Of a DNA stretch of 64,000 nucleotides, positions 14,468 through 29,400 are shown piece after piece; position 1 is the first letter of the stretch; each line of letters opens with the position of its first letter. Made by a program: the position numbers and the translations under genes. The stretch comes from Schmidtea nova. Its lineage: Eukaryota. The stretch lies in NCBI GenBank assembly GCA_044892505.1, contig CM097883.1:81592001-81656000 (forward strand). The letters run 5' to 3'. The notes under the pieces were generated by a model. That model made no database searches. It had not been told where the DNA came from and saw only the letters and a program-made list of their open reading frames with translations.

Positions 14468-17400
14468 ATTATTTACACATTTAACCGAATTTATGATGAT
14501 TTAGTTATAATAATGATTAAATAACATGATTATTGCAATTATAAATGGGAAAATAGCAATTAATAGAAAGCCTATAATTAACTAATAGGTAACCAATTCA
14601 TAATACAAATTACTAACATTTACATTTAATTTATGCAAGAAAATGTATCACTAAAAGTCAAAGAAGTAAAAATAACGAAGTGCAACAAATCACAAAGACA
14701 TCACGACGTCTCTGGGACCTTCTCCTTTTCTGGTAGATGGTCGATTGTGAGTCCTTATCCATTTTCTTTAACTGTCCCAATAGCCTTGCTTCTTGGCGTC
14801 ATTTTCTACGAACACGGGCAAATTTACTTAATTTATATTTTTTCCTTATATTGGCATCTGTGTTGGGAGGTGTTACTGTAAACCCTCTGCAGGTAACAGT
14901 TCAGCGTTGACGGTAGTGGTCGACTATGGTAATATCGCCATTGTAAGACCAAAATCCACTTGTTGCGTCCTCAACCTGTTTGATTAAAAGATGCGCCTGT
15001 TTCCGATTGTGCTCTAAACTTTCGCCACTTACCCATGTATCTTCCATTTTTCGGCATCTGAGATTCTTCTTCACCAGGCGCTTTTTTAATTCCCGATTCT
15101 CCGTTAATTACTGGTCTTTGGAGATTTCGCTCTCTGATTTATTGTTCAGATCCCTTCATCGATACGCCGGATTGCTAATCTTATTTCTTCCATGCTCTAG
15201 AAAGAATTTAATCATGGTTCGCTATTTTCGATCGATATTTTTAATTATTCGGCATGATTAATAATACGTACAAAATTTCCAAATCATCAAATGCAAATGA
15301 AGACTCATTCATCCCATGCACCCATTCATTTCTATCTCATATCAGGTCAACTCATTTCGAAAATTCTGACGTCCTAACGACAAATTTTATTCAAAAATTC
15401 AAATTGTTTATCGTTGTACTTGACGTGGTCGTATGCCTGAGGTTTATGTTGTGGTCATTCAAAGTTATACATTCGGAAATAATCTTAATTCTCTTATTTA
15501 AAGTTCAAATTTTTACATAGTTCATTAGAAAAAGATAATCTCTAGTTGAAAATTTTATGTTCGTTCATATTCCTATTTAAGACTATGATATTCGAGGTCG
15601 CTTATGTTAATCGTCGGGTATCTTCGATGAATCGAAAAAAATATTTCATCTAATTTTAGGCGATACTTAGAATTTTATTGAGATTCTCACCGTAACGATC
15701 ATCTCCAAATTGGATATCAATTTTGTATAGAACCTTTTGATTTTCTTTCGATTCCAAAATTTTTTAAGAAAACATTTTTAAAGAGAAATGTATCCAAATT
15801 TTGAATTATAATTCATTTAATTACGTTCTAATTCGGTTTCTATTTTTAATATTGACATTGTGTGAGGTGGAAACTAAAATTTTATGATTTTCATGAAAAA
15901 TTCGCGGTTGGTACTTAAAACTTTCCACCGTTGTCTGTTACCATGTGATAGTTAGAAAAAATGGTGAGAAAAATTTTTCATCACATACTCGTTGTAGTTA
16001 TGTGTAATTCCAGTGCAATTTTGATTGGATGGCCTTTATAGTGGAAAAAAACTGAAGAATCCTAATATACATGGAACTTTCAATAGATTTTATTCTTCAT
16101 TTCTCCAAATAAATGCTATGAATCATTTTTTAGGAATTAATAAAATAATAACGACCTGAGTCAATTTCCTTTGAAAATAATGGTATTTTGATCTAATATC
16201 TTAAAAGTGATTTATGTTCCATTTTTTCCTAATATTATTACTAATTAGTGTAATTTTTATTATTTTTAAAATTTGTATGATAATACCCAAAAAGAAAATA
16301 AAATTTGTCAATCAAGGGACCTATTGACCCAATAATTTATTTCCAAGTTCAAATCGTTTCAATAAATAGGATATTGGTGAAGAATGAGAGATAATTTTTA
16401 ACTGATTCATGATTTTCCGTTAGGCATCATCAAGCATTTTGGTAATGTGAAGTTTACTAAAAGCTTTGACAATTGATTCTTGAGAGCAAAACTCTGAATG
16501 TTTTCTTTTAATAAAATCAAGAGTTTTGTCTTTTACACTTGAATGTTTACTATATAAATATCTTTTCAAAAGAGCTAGCTTCATACTACTGTTTGATAAG
16601 CACTCAAAACAAATCACGCACTGTGGAATATGTTCAGTTTCGGTTCCAAATTTCATGGCGAACCCATACTTCATCTAATTAGGATCAAAGCTCGTTTCTA
16701 TTTTTCTACTTTTGATTCTTCGCCTTTGCTAAATTTTCGTGATTGATCTTTTTTTCGGTTGAAATTAGAACTTCTAGACTGCTCTAAAAATCTCTTCATT
16801 GTATCGAGGTGATATATTGTAAAAATAATAAATAAGTAAAATGTTATGAAAACATAAAAGTATTTGGTTTTTAGTTTTTCCATTATTGGGATATATAAAA
16901 GATCATTTTAAATAAATCTTCCGAATTTAATACACTTAGCTCACGACTTCCTAATATTTTTTAATAATAGAATTATTATTAATTAATAATATGCAATTAA
17001 TTTAAAGATGATTGGAACACAGTTTTTAGTAGAATTCACACACAGTTAATTGGCAGAATATAATTTTTCGTAAACTAACTTTGAATTTTAGGCATTTTCG
17101 TTACATATATTGCTAATTTTCATGGAGCGAGTAATTCGCATATCTTGTAAATTACAGGGTCTCGATAAGCGAAGGGTCTAGTAATCTGCTTCACAGCAGG
17201 CATGTGCCAAATTTTTATGGGGTCGTCATAGATAGCACATTCAGTTAAGACGGAATCTTTTGAGATTAGGTAAATTCCAATAATGTATTACAACACAAAC
17301 AATGGGTAAGAAATTGCAAAACTAAAATATTTAAAATATGGGTTATCTTAGTAATTTCTTTTCTTTTTGCGTAATACAGATTTTTATTAGATTTTTGTTT

Positions 17401-20400
17401 TAAATTGTAGTTATTTGCGTACCTGTAGCTGTTTGTCAATGTACAAATGTTGGAAATCCTTGATTTAAAAGATTTATTATCAACATTTATTCATTCGACA
17501 CAAAGACTATTTAATATCATCGTATCTTTTGTATGACAAGAATGAGTCTTTTCTTTTCAATATTTTATCAAATTTATTTTTTGTAAAATCTTTGGTTTTA
17601 ATAAAATTAATCCGCTCAATTCCTTCGATCTGCAATACTTTTTTTCAGTCAATACTTTTTTTTCAGTAATACTTCTCATTTCCGTGGCTCGTGAACATTT
17701 GAAGCGTCTGATTTTCTCGATTATCTGATTCCTGCGTTTGTTTAATTCTAATTTTACCATGGTTAAGAATATAAAAACGATCCTATAATAATGTTACGAG
17801 ATTTTTATTAATATTTGACAAAGGGCAAAAATAAATTTTATTGATAAAATTTATAAAATGATGCAAACGTTATTTGTAACAATGCTGAAATTCATAAAAA
17901 TAATCTGAAAGATACAAAATAATGATGAAAATTGTAAGCTAGATAAAATTAGATAAAAATAATGATGAAATTAATGTTTGAAATATAAAATAATAATATA
18001 TAATGAAATATATAAAACAGCTGTCATGACAAAATCAATGAATATTTCTGGTCAAAAATTTGGTTTTGCTCGTTTCCAAGTCTAATATTAGAAATCATTT
18101 ATATTTAATATTTCGTTTTTTTTTGATAATAGAAATTCTCATCAAAATATATTTTTTTTCGTGAATACTAAATCTGTTCTAGAAAAAGTATATATTTGTG
18201 CATTTGAAATTTTATCTAGCTTGTTTTGTACATTTGGTTGACCCAATTATAAATTAATCTCTCCTAATTCTGCCTTCTTTCCTTAATTTGTATTAGCTAT
18301 TATTCCAGTTAGAATGCTAATTATAAACAATATTTTTAAATATTTATAAACAAAAATTGAAAATAATAATACCAATTTTTCGTAACACACTGATAGTTTA
18401 ACCGGAAAATAGTTTGAAAGAGAAATATAAACAGATCTTTTGTATTAAAAAAATGTCATTAATTTAGTAGGGCTGCTCTTAGGTGATAATCATTCCATAA
18501 CAACCTTTACATTCAAGTGTTCACCCACTATCGCTAGTGTGCTAACTCGAATAGGGACTTACACAAAAATAGGAATTTTCTTTTTAAAGATCGTGTTACG
18601 CGTACTACTCGTTTCTTGATAAAAAGTAGAGTACATTTTAATTATTTTAATTATAATAATAATTTAATAATTTTGAGTAGTGATTATCCGATTATAAAAT
18701 TATATTGTTTTAAATTGGTCGTAGGTTTTTTTACTTTGTAAATTAACTTCTGTTGGTGTGGTGGGGGTTAACTTTTAGGGTTAATGTCTTAGGATTTTTA
18801 ATCTACCCTTCACATACACAAGACATTTTCAGTCCCTCTCACATGTACCCATGGTTATTCTCGACAATCGCGTTGGTAATGTACATTGCGGCTTTTTAGT
18901 GTTAGTATGTAGGTGAGCTGTGTTACCACGACTACTTCCTACTATTCTTCTCATTTCGGGTTCCTTTTGGTCGCTAAAATACCTTTGGTTCTCTATTACC
19001 GCAAATTCTGGTCACAAATTTTCGCTTGCAACAATGCGTCCCTAGCTGCGACCCTTTCAGCTTTATCTCAAATCGAAAGTTGTTGATTCGGTTCCAAGAC
19101 CCATGCGATAGGGTTGATTAGTCGTATTTGGATGGTTGGAACATCGTCTTTGGTCTGCGAAATTGAATCTTCTCCAGCAGTGACTGGTTCTCCTTGCTTG
19201 CGTGACATATATGGTGATTTTATGAAAAATTATATTGATTGCACGTTTAACTTTTACTTAAGATCGTTTAGTGGCTACAACAAATCGTCTGACAAATCCA
19301 CATCCACACGTACATATATATTCTTCATTAGTGACATTATACAGTATCTAGGGCATATGTCTACTTTGCTCGTTTCTCTATTTCTTACATATCTAAAATG
19401 AGTGTCCATACGCTGTGAGAGTCGTCCATTATCACAAGTGATATCGGGATATTTCTTTGTCCAAAATCACGTTCAATTTTGTCATTTGTTGTTTCACACT
19501 CCTAATAATTCCGTTTTCTTACGAGCTCTTCTCATTTAGAGTGTTTCTTGGTCTTATATTCAGGGCGTATTTTCATCTAATAACTTATCCTCTAAACTAG
19601 TGCAATTCTGTCTGATTCCATTATGCTGTTTAGATGTAACGTTTAATTTGGCTAGATGTATCAATTCTTGCCCTTTTTTGTCTCAATGTAATTGCTAATC
19701 TGGAAAATTCATTCTATCCCGATGCGGGAAAAATATCGTTAAATTACTATTTAATAATTGTACGTACTATTTACTCCCCGAAAAAGAAATTGTGCAATTA
19801 TTCTCTTAACGAAAATATTACACGATGGTCTGAATTCCCGTTACGCCTTTAATATAGAAATGACAAAAAAATTATAACTACTATTTCTCAATTACAGGGT
19901 TCCAAAAGTACAGTAACAGTCGTTTCCAGTTTTGTAGTTTCCGTTTCGTTTTAGTTATCTGGCTGGATAAAGCTTCTCAATAAAGTTAATAGGGTGTTGT
20001 AATAGAGTAGAATGTGTGTTAGATTTTTGGGTTATTTGACATATATACTTTTTTTTATTCTGGAACTAACCAATCAGAGTGGATTCGCCGTCTCAAATAC
20101 GTTATTTTTTTTACTTTATTCCAACCAATTAAATGATTATGATTTTTCCTGATTTTATTTTCTTCTTTGTTTCTTTATTAATTTCTTTTTCTTTTACCTA
20201 ATTTTTTCATTTATTTTCTATTTCATTTCTTATTCTCATTTATGTTTTATATTAATTTCCCTTTTCTATTTTTCTTGTATAATTTACTACTTTGCTTTGA
20301 TTTGTACATACATGTTATTCTGACTGTCATTTCTAAGTGCTATTTTCAACTATATTTTGTTGGTGTTACTTGAGATACGGTTCACTGATATTTTCATTTA

Positions 20401-23400
20401 ACTTCCAATTAACGCCAAAGTTTAAGTGACCTAGTGTTAGCGCCAAAAATCGCCATAATGACGCAGGCACAAGTATTTGTATTTCAAGTGTCGCGATTAG
20501 AAATTAAATACAACACATCTTTTCTATTTATAGAACACAAATGTTATATTTATAAAAGCGTCTTATATAAGTTTTGTGATTTAGTTGAAAGTGAGCGTGG
20601 TATGTAAATTTAATTTTAATGAATAAAGAATGAAGCTCAATCTCTCCAAAATTAACCCGTACAATAAAGCTTGTTTTAACAAAGTCAATATGATTATTCA
20701 TAACCCTACAAATCATTAATCTATTTAAACGAATGAGATTTAAAAAAATATACCTTTATTATTTTTTATTCCATTTTTGTATTAAAAATATGTTTATATT
20801 GAAAAATCAAAATTGTTTAATCTTTAATCCAACTCAAAACTTTCTTTGCTTATTTTCAATGTAACCATTTATGTGAGAATTTTACCTCATTGCAAAAAGT
20901 ATAATAATTCGAATTGTATTTATTACATTTAAAGTGCTTTATTAACTATAAATGTTTTATTTCTCTGGCAAGCTTATTATAATTCAATTCTTAGAAATAA
21001 ATTTTATGTATGATCTCATTTAATACCTCCGTAAAAAGATATAAAATTCTAGAAAAATTATGCAAATTTATTGTAAAATCTGAGTATGAATAAAAAAATT
21101 AAAATAATCCGTAGGTGCATCGTGAAAGATAAATACTTTCATTTTATTACACAGTGAAATTTCTTGATATTTTGTTTATTTTTATTTTTGCTGTTCAAAA
21201 CTACATCTAAATGAATTTAAAATCAAGATAATTAGTGTGTTTTACTCTAAATTATTATTTGAAAGCTTTTCAAATTTTCATCCCACATTAAAGTGCAAAT
21301 GATTTTTTTCTCTAACATATAGATTTACCGTATCTGTGCGTCTGTCAATTGTTCTTTTTATTAAATTAAACTGTTATTATAAATTGAATTTATATCGACA
21401 TGACATATTTATTCCATTACTATCAGAAAATTACTTTCTCTCTGTCAAATGATGCATATTTGTTCAATTTCGCTAAGTATTTATTTCAAAACTGTTATTT
21501 ATTTTTTTATAAATGTAATACTTCCAAAATGCATTTTTTAACTCTTTCGTGAACGCACTTTAAAAATGTTGTTCCCGGAATATCATGTCATATTTTCTAC
21601 ATATTTTTAAAGCAGCAGATTGAGATAAATTAATTATTTATTACAATTAAATCTTTAAATTGTGATTCGTATATTGACAGATTTTGTCTCTATGACTTCC
21701 GCTGTATTTGACAATTGATGTTCTGTATCATGGCGGTTAATGTTGTCAATGCTTTTGATTTCTTATTTAAGAACATATGACAGGAATAGACGTCTATATA
21801 TTTATATTTAATATTTTATCTATAACAGTTAAAAGTATCTAAAAAACAAAACTGTAAAAAAGCCAATTCATATATAAATTACAAAATTTTTATTCACATT
21901 CAACAAGGCTAAAGCATTTTATAAAAAAAGAGATGAAAAAACAATATTATTGAAATATTTTTGAACCATTTTTCCAAACACAATCCTGGGCATGGTAGAG
22001 GTTTGCCAACTCAAGTTTTACAAATATAGGAATTTTCACGCTTTGTTTTTGTAGCATATTCTGCAGCGTAAACAACTAGATTTCTTTGGTATTTTTTCTT
22101 ATAAATTTTTAGTTTTAATTATTTTGTTGTGTTTTATTTTGAATGATTTTTTAATAATATCGTCCATAGGAATTTATTGTAATTGTAAAATTGATTTGTA
22201 GAATTATTCTTCTACTAAGATAAATAATTGTACGATAATATAATATAATTTAATAAGTAATAAGTAATCATTGATTTATTTAATTTGTGTTTCTACATAA
22301 CGTGTTTCCACGTATTTTAACATAACAATAAAACAATCACAAAAAATATATAAAAATAGTAACTACAAGAGTTACTTACATATAGCCCCCCGGAAAAAGT
22401 GCGGAGCATGTGGAAACAATTGTCTGAATGAACACACTTTTTATTTACATATTTATTTACAGGTGTGTACAGATTTGCGACAATTTTGAGGAAGTAGAGA
22501 AAAGTTTATGAATAGTTTAACCAGTTTTTAAGTATTGCAAAATTCTTTGTGAAATTGTTATATTTAATATTTTCTGGTAAATATATAAATCATTCCGAAC
22601 CGTGAAACCTAGAAGATTAAAATTCACTTGTTTGTACCAACGTATCGTTTTCTTTGACTTGAATAATAACTGTCATTTGATCTTTTTTACCGACACCTGG
22701 CATATAATAATTATAGGCTTTTGTTTCTACTGACTTCATTGTAACCTTTCCTAATCTTTTTGGTTCAAAATTACGTTTATATCTAGTTATGATACACAGC
22801 ACATTTCTATTATCTCTCCATTTACTTTGGACATTTTTATTTTTATCTTTTTGTAACTTTTTTTTGTTACCATAGGAGTTTTCTTTTCTAAATGTTGTTG
22901 ATGATAAACCATATGGACATATTAATGGTAGATTTAACAACCGAGGAGGAGAAAGATGTTAAGAAATGAGGAATCTTTTTGGCACACGGGTAAGTTTTTC
23001 AAAATTATTCTTTGCATCGAACATGCTTAGATGTCTAGTACAAGAATTGGGAGGATTTGTAATACATTTTCTTTTCGGCACTGCCTTTCACAAGTAATAT
23101 TTTTAATTTGTATCAAATTGAAAATATTTTGATCTAATAACACTACGCGACAGTAATTTTTTATTTGATCTCATCGTGAAAATATAAATTTACAAATCTT
23201 TTTTAGAAGTTAATTGTTTTAATTTACTTCTAAAAATATTTTAACGCATACACACAAACATTCACACATGATATATCCCTTAAAATCTTTTATATTCTTT
23301 TTCGTTTCGTTTTTTCTGGCAATAGATCAAAAGAAATTTGTTTCTTAAATTAAAGAAAAATTTCCTATTGTCTGAGAAAATGAAAATAATCATTTAGTTT

Positions 23401-26400
23401 AGGATTTATAAAATGTTTTTATATTTTATAATTGAACTGTTGGATTCTATTTGTTTTGTCGGTATCGAAATCTTATTTATCTTGCTCTTTATGTAAATTG
23501 AACAAAGACTACCCAATACAATAAATTTTCTGAAATCTAAAACAGTTTGACTTACAATACAGTCAATAACACTTTCAAATTTGATATGCACTCTCCATTG
23601 AATTAGGTAGGTATTTTTAATGCTTTGACTTTATATTGGTTCTATCGCTCTCGTTTATTATCTTCTATCGTCTTGTTTTATTTTTAAATCCCTTTGACCA
23701 AGTGGCAATTCAATGTGCATTGTCATTCGTTTTTTATGAGTAACGGGCAATCCAATTATCAGCCCACTAAGCCAAATAAAGGAAACTAAACCACCCATGC
23801 TCAGAACTCCATAATTCAATTATTTATTATTTTCCCTGAAAGAAAATAATTTTCTAAGGCGGTATTTCGCTTATGAAGTTCAGGGACTGTGCTTCTAAAT
23901 TAATTTATTAAAATAAATTGGTTTCTCTGAGTAGGCACCAGCCAGGTAATTCTCCTTGATTAGATTTTTTTTCTTCGATTAATTTGTATTTTTAAATAAT
24001 TTTGCTTAAGAACCACATCGATTTAAAATTATTAATTTCGTACTTGTCTTATAATTTACCACACACTCAATGTGTGTTTCACAGATAAATTTCAATTTTT
24101 CCTAACTTTAATTAATTTTTGAATTTTAATAAGTTTTGCCAATTTTATTGATTTACACATCACTTTAGACAAGCCTAACATAACTAATTTACTTCATAAA
24201 ACATTTCTTAGTCATAATATATCAAATTATAAACTGAAGTAATGCAAGTTATTACTTAACTCTTTCGAGAACAATGACGCGTGTAAACGTCATTATACAC
24301 TTTTCTGGCGAAACATGACGCGTATACAATGAGCAACTCGTATCATTTCTGCATCACACCAAATATTTGTAAAGACATTTAAAGCTTCTAATGGCATCCA
24401 GTAAGTCAGGGGTGGCCAACCTTTTTGGAAAAATGGCCATTACAATATTTTTGAACCATGCGGCGGGCCGCAGGTTTGAAAGGCGTAAATTTTTATCTGA
24501 TGCTTCTGAGCTAATTCCAACTAAAGGACAGGAGGAGCGCAGTAATCGCCCGTAGTGGGGTCTGAGACAACCGTTAAAAAAACAATAAAGCATTTGCGTG
24601 CATGTTAAATAAATTATGCTTCTTAGGTACAGGATAAACTGGCACTATTTATATTTGATGGCCCTGAATAGAAATCATAATGAATTAGGGAAATTTTCAA
24701 AATGTAATATACAATAATAATTGGTTAAAAACACATAAACATATAAAATAAACAATAAATATTGTTCAATCTTTACTGGCGGCAAGCTATTACTTTTTTT
24801 TAGTACAGTTAGTAAATCTACCAATTCAAAAAGTAAAGAAACGGGATATAAAACATTATATTGCAAAATAAATTGCTTGTACAAAAACACTACATTTTAA
24901 CTATTCGGGGCAAATGTCTTTCAGTGAGAAACCTGAGATTGTTTGCCAGATGAGAGCTCTTCTATACTAACATCAAATGCAGACACGGAAATGCGCAAGA
25001 TGTCGTGCAAATGATCATCAGTAAGTCTGGCCCTGTGAACCGACTTATTGCATTTCATTCTTGAAAATGTCTGCTCACATATGTATGTACTGCCAAACAA
25101 ACTCATCATCTTCAATGCATTCTTCCGCAATGCTGGATACTTGTCGGAAGTTAAGAGGGAATAAAACTCGATCAAGTTTCCTTCCAGATATTTTTGTTTT
25201 AAAAAGCTATCGGATTGCAGCTCAACAAGCTCCATTTGAAAATCTGTCGACACATTTTCAACATCCACCAGGAAAGGACTTCCAAAGAGCCGGATTTCCA
25301 TTTCATTAGAACGGAAGTCAACGAATCTTCTTTTAAACTACTGCAGCAGGTTCGTAACCAATTCCTCATACCGCTCGAATTTAAATGATGTGTCTCCCGC
25401 ATAAAGTGTTTTCTTGCACGTCGGAAAATGATCCAATTTGTGTTGATGTAAATGTGTCATCAAAATTTGAAGTTTCACCTCAAAGGCCTTCACTGCCTCA
25501 AACAAAGTGTGTACAAGCTGGTTGGAACCTTGAAGTTTGGTATTGAGCTGGTTAAGATGGAACATCATGTCCGTCAAAAAAGCCAAATCTTGCATCCAAC
25601 TCTTATCTTCTAACTGAGGAACAGCCGAATCTTTTTCCTTCATGAAGTTTCCAATTTCGTTGCGCAAAGCAAAGAATTTTTCAAAAACAATTCCCCTACT
25701 CAACCAGCGCACTTCCGTGTAGTATGGCATATCATTAAACTCTGCACCAGCTTCTTCCAAAAAAGTCTTGAACTGACGATGGTTTAGAGATCGTGCGCGG
25801 ATAAAGTTCACGATCTTCACCACCACAGTCATGACATGCTGCATCTGCAATGTTTTGCTGCAGAGAGCTTCCTGATGAATTATGCAGTGGTAGGTCAGTG
25901 GCTGCACGTTAAACCCTTTACAATGTTTTTTTACAAGCCCGGTAAGACCAATTTTATTACCGATCATGGCAGGAGCACCATCAGTTGTCACGGCAGAAAG
26001 GTTTTCCCATGACAGCTCTAGTCTCTCCAATACCATCTTCAGTTCATCAAATATATCGCTACCTTTTGTCGTGTCATGCATGCTGCAAAGGCCAGCAAGA
26101 TCTTCAACAATTTCAAAGTTTTCATTTACTCCACGGATGAATATCAGCAGTTGTGCTATATTTGATAAATCAGTACTCTCATCTAGTGCGACTGAATACC
26201 AGACAAAATGCCGTGAAGTACGCTGAAGCTGCTGGAGAAGATTTGCGGCAATATCTTCAACACGGCGTGTAATGGTTTGTTTTGACAGGCTAACATTAGT
26301 GAACTGTTCTTTCATTTCGGGGCAGACATGTCCAACAACTTTCAGCATACAATTTTTGACAAATTCCCCATCCGTGAATGGCTTTCCTTGCCTTGCAATC

Positions 26401-29400
26401 GCAATTGCTACTTCATAACTTGCTCTAACAGCTGTTCCTGATTGTTTTGCATATTTATTGAAAAGGTTCTGCTGCTTGGCCAGGCTTGTCTTCAGAAACG
26501 CAATCTTTTCTTCTCTGATTTTGCCTTCAAATTTAGAATAAATTTGCTTGTGACGAGTTTCGTAATGACGTTTCAGATTATAATCTTTCATGATTGCAAT
26601 TATGTCACTACAAACCAAACATAAAGCACTACCAGAGTGTTCCACGAAAAAATAATCCTTTTCCCATCTCTCTTGGAAAGTTCTGCCTTCAGCATCAATT
26701 GTTCGGGATCTTTTCTTTTCGTTAATTGTCATTATTGAATTTTAATTATTCTATATTTAATATTTTACCACGCTTGTTAACTATTAATTCGAAATATTTG
26801 TAAAAACATTAACGTCACAAAATTAACGGAAACTGTATGGGTGTGTATGAAATAAACAAAGTTTAGCATGATTATCAATTATTCAGAAGCAATATAATAT
26901 ATATGCACCGTGTATTGACGATCAACAAAAGTAACACAGTTAATAAATGATTAAATTTACCATTTTAATTTATTGCTCCGTGGTTTTTGTTTTTTGATAA
27001 AAATTTTTATAGTTTGTATTGTAATTATTAACTATATATTCATTGTGTTGTATTTATTACAAATATTTTTTTTGTATCATTTTCGTATTTTAAAAAGTTT
27101 TTATTCTATTTTTGAAATATTAAAACATTGCGGGCCGCCGGTTGGTCACTCCTGCGGTAAGTAATTAAATATAATCATTTTATAACGTATTTAAAACATT
27201 AATTTTACTTTTTAATATTAAAACATTTGTTTCTTTATTTTATATTTGCATATTTAATTTTTGGAATATATCGACCATTCTTAAGGCTATTTTTATTAAT
27301 GAATAAACGTTCCAAATATACTTGTTTCTATCATAATTATTTTCTCATAAATATCTCATTAATTAGGTGGAAGTGAGAAGCCAAATATCTCATGGGATAT
27401 GAGATATTACGCAAAAAATTATGCTGTTACGCGAATAAAATAGTATTATGTAAAGGTCTGATGGTGTGAAGTTTGACCTCTTCCGTAATATTTGACAGTT
27501 ATTTCTTTTCATTTATATGTTTCATAAAGTTGGTAGAAGTGAGGAGTAAGCCCCAAATTAAATATCACACGATTACGAATTATGATATAATATAGGGTAT
27601 TACATAATAAATTATACAGGTATGAAATTAAAATTGTATTATAAAATATCTCGATGATGTAATATTTGACAGTGAATTCTCTTCTGATAAATAACATATC
27701 ATAAGGTAGGTTAAAGTGAGGAGTAAGTCCCAACCCGAATATCCCAAGATATAGTCTTAAGTAATTATATGTGTGTGTGTGTTTACGGTAAATGTACATT
27801 TCCAGTTTAATGTACACATTTATCGGTAAATGTGTACATTAACTACAAGATTAGGTAAATTTAGATATAACATACATTTACCGATTATTTTGTTACCATA
27901 CTTACTTTAACCTAGAGGTAATGGTAAAAGTGCAAAGAAAATTTTGAAGTTAGATTCCGAAATTTCCTACAGTTTGAATTACGTTGGAGTAGATAAAGTC
28001 AATAAATCACTAACGATAAATACGCTTTGAATAAAATTTCTTTTTAGGTTATGTTTAATATTTGTGTTTATATTTTAGGCGATTATAGTCAGTTTTAAGA
28101 TTTATACAATTCGTATTAGTATTTGCAATTTTTGAAAATATTACAATTTTAAGTAATTTTTATTATAGTTCTTTATTTACGTAATATTTTTTTAAATACA
28201 GTGCGAATGAAAAGTTTGCACGCACCAATTTTTTGGAATTTTTGTTTAATTTTAGCAACTTTATAAAAAATGGTGATGACAATCTTTGAAGAGCGCCTAA
28301 AAAGCCCTTATAACAAAAAATAAAACGTAATATAGCTACTGTAATAGGTATTTACAGTTCTATTTTTAAAGCTCGTTAAAGGTTTACACGCACTTCTATA
28401 AAATTCAATTTATTCGAAAAAAGTTTCCAGCGATTTTTTTACTAATTTTTTGTGTCGAATTTTACCAGAGAATCGAATAGTTAAAATTTCAGTAATGTGA
28501 ATTGTCGGCGATATCTTCAAATGACAAATAGGGCCTGAATGAGTAAATGGTCAAATTTGTATAATAATAAGGGTAAATAACTTACTGATAAAAATCGAAA
28601 TCCAAACAAGAAATCCATATCTATCGTTGAAAATAAAAAATCAATAGTCAATATATGAGAACTTCTATAGTGGAATTGGACCAAATTTAGTCAAATGATA
28701 TTTTAAATATAGGTAAAGAAAAACGCTTAATTTTCCCAGTTGATAATAGCAATGGAAATACAAGCGTCAAATATTTGGTTCCAACGTAAGAGCTATTAGA
28801 CATAATACACAATGCTCATATCAGTATCGGACATGGTGGTCGCAATAGGTTCATAAAAGAATTGAGTAATAAATACAAAAGTGTTACAACTGAGACAATA
28901 ATGTTGTATCTAAGTTCGTGTACAGCTTGCCAACAAAAATTAGGATTTAATATTTGGTTTTTAATGTTTAATATTTGTTTATGATGATATGTACTATTCC
29001 CGATAAATAAACACATTTGTCAATTATTTCTACATTTTCCAAGGACTTAGACATAATGTATATATTTACCGGTAAATGTGTATATTTTTAACATTTGTCT
29101 AATCTTGTAGTTAATGTACACATTTACCGGCAAATGTATACATTATGACATTTTGTACTTTAGCCGTAACATATACAGTAAGACCCCGTTTAACGCGGTG
29201 GATACGTCCCATCAAAGTAGAGCGTAATGCGAAACAACGCTAAGCGAGGCTATCTTAAAATGTAAATAATGGGGTCTGGGGAAGTTGGATAGAAAATTCG
29301 TTAGGTATTAAATTTAATAATTATGATTGTTTTTTATAAAAATAAAACCAAGCATTTATTTATTACAAAAATAAATAACAATATAAACGAATATATTAAA

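Larger units (their letters stand above)
13890..17462 (-). mobile_element. Fragmented hAT-Buster (ZBED5/SCAND3-like) element split by later insertions
   Basis: BED finger [16 protein letters not shown] at 16420-16810; next segment [19 protein letters not shown]...[16 protein letters not shown] at 13900-14075; 5' TIR CAAGGATTTCCAAC ending at 17462. Confidence 0.7.

Noticed and set aside
14600-15300. Possible piggyBac or gag relic on the minus strand
   Set aside because: Only isolated word-level resemblance, not consistent within one frame.
23650-24030. Possible Tc1 transposase relic
   Set aside because: Similarity too weak and no termini found.
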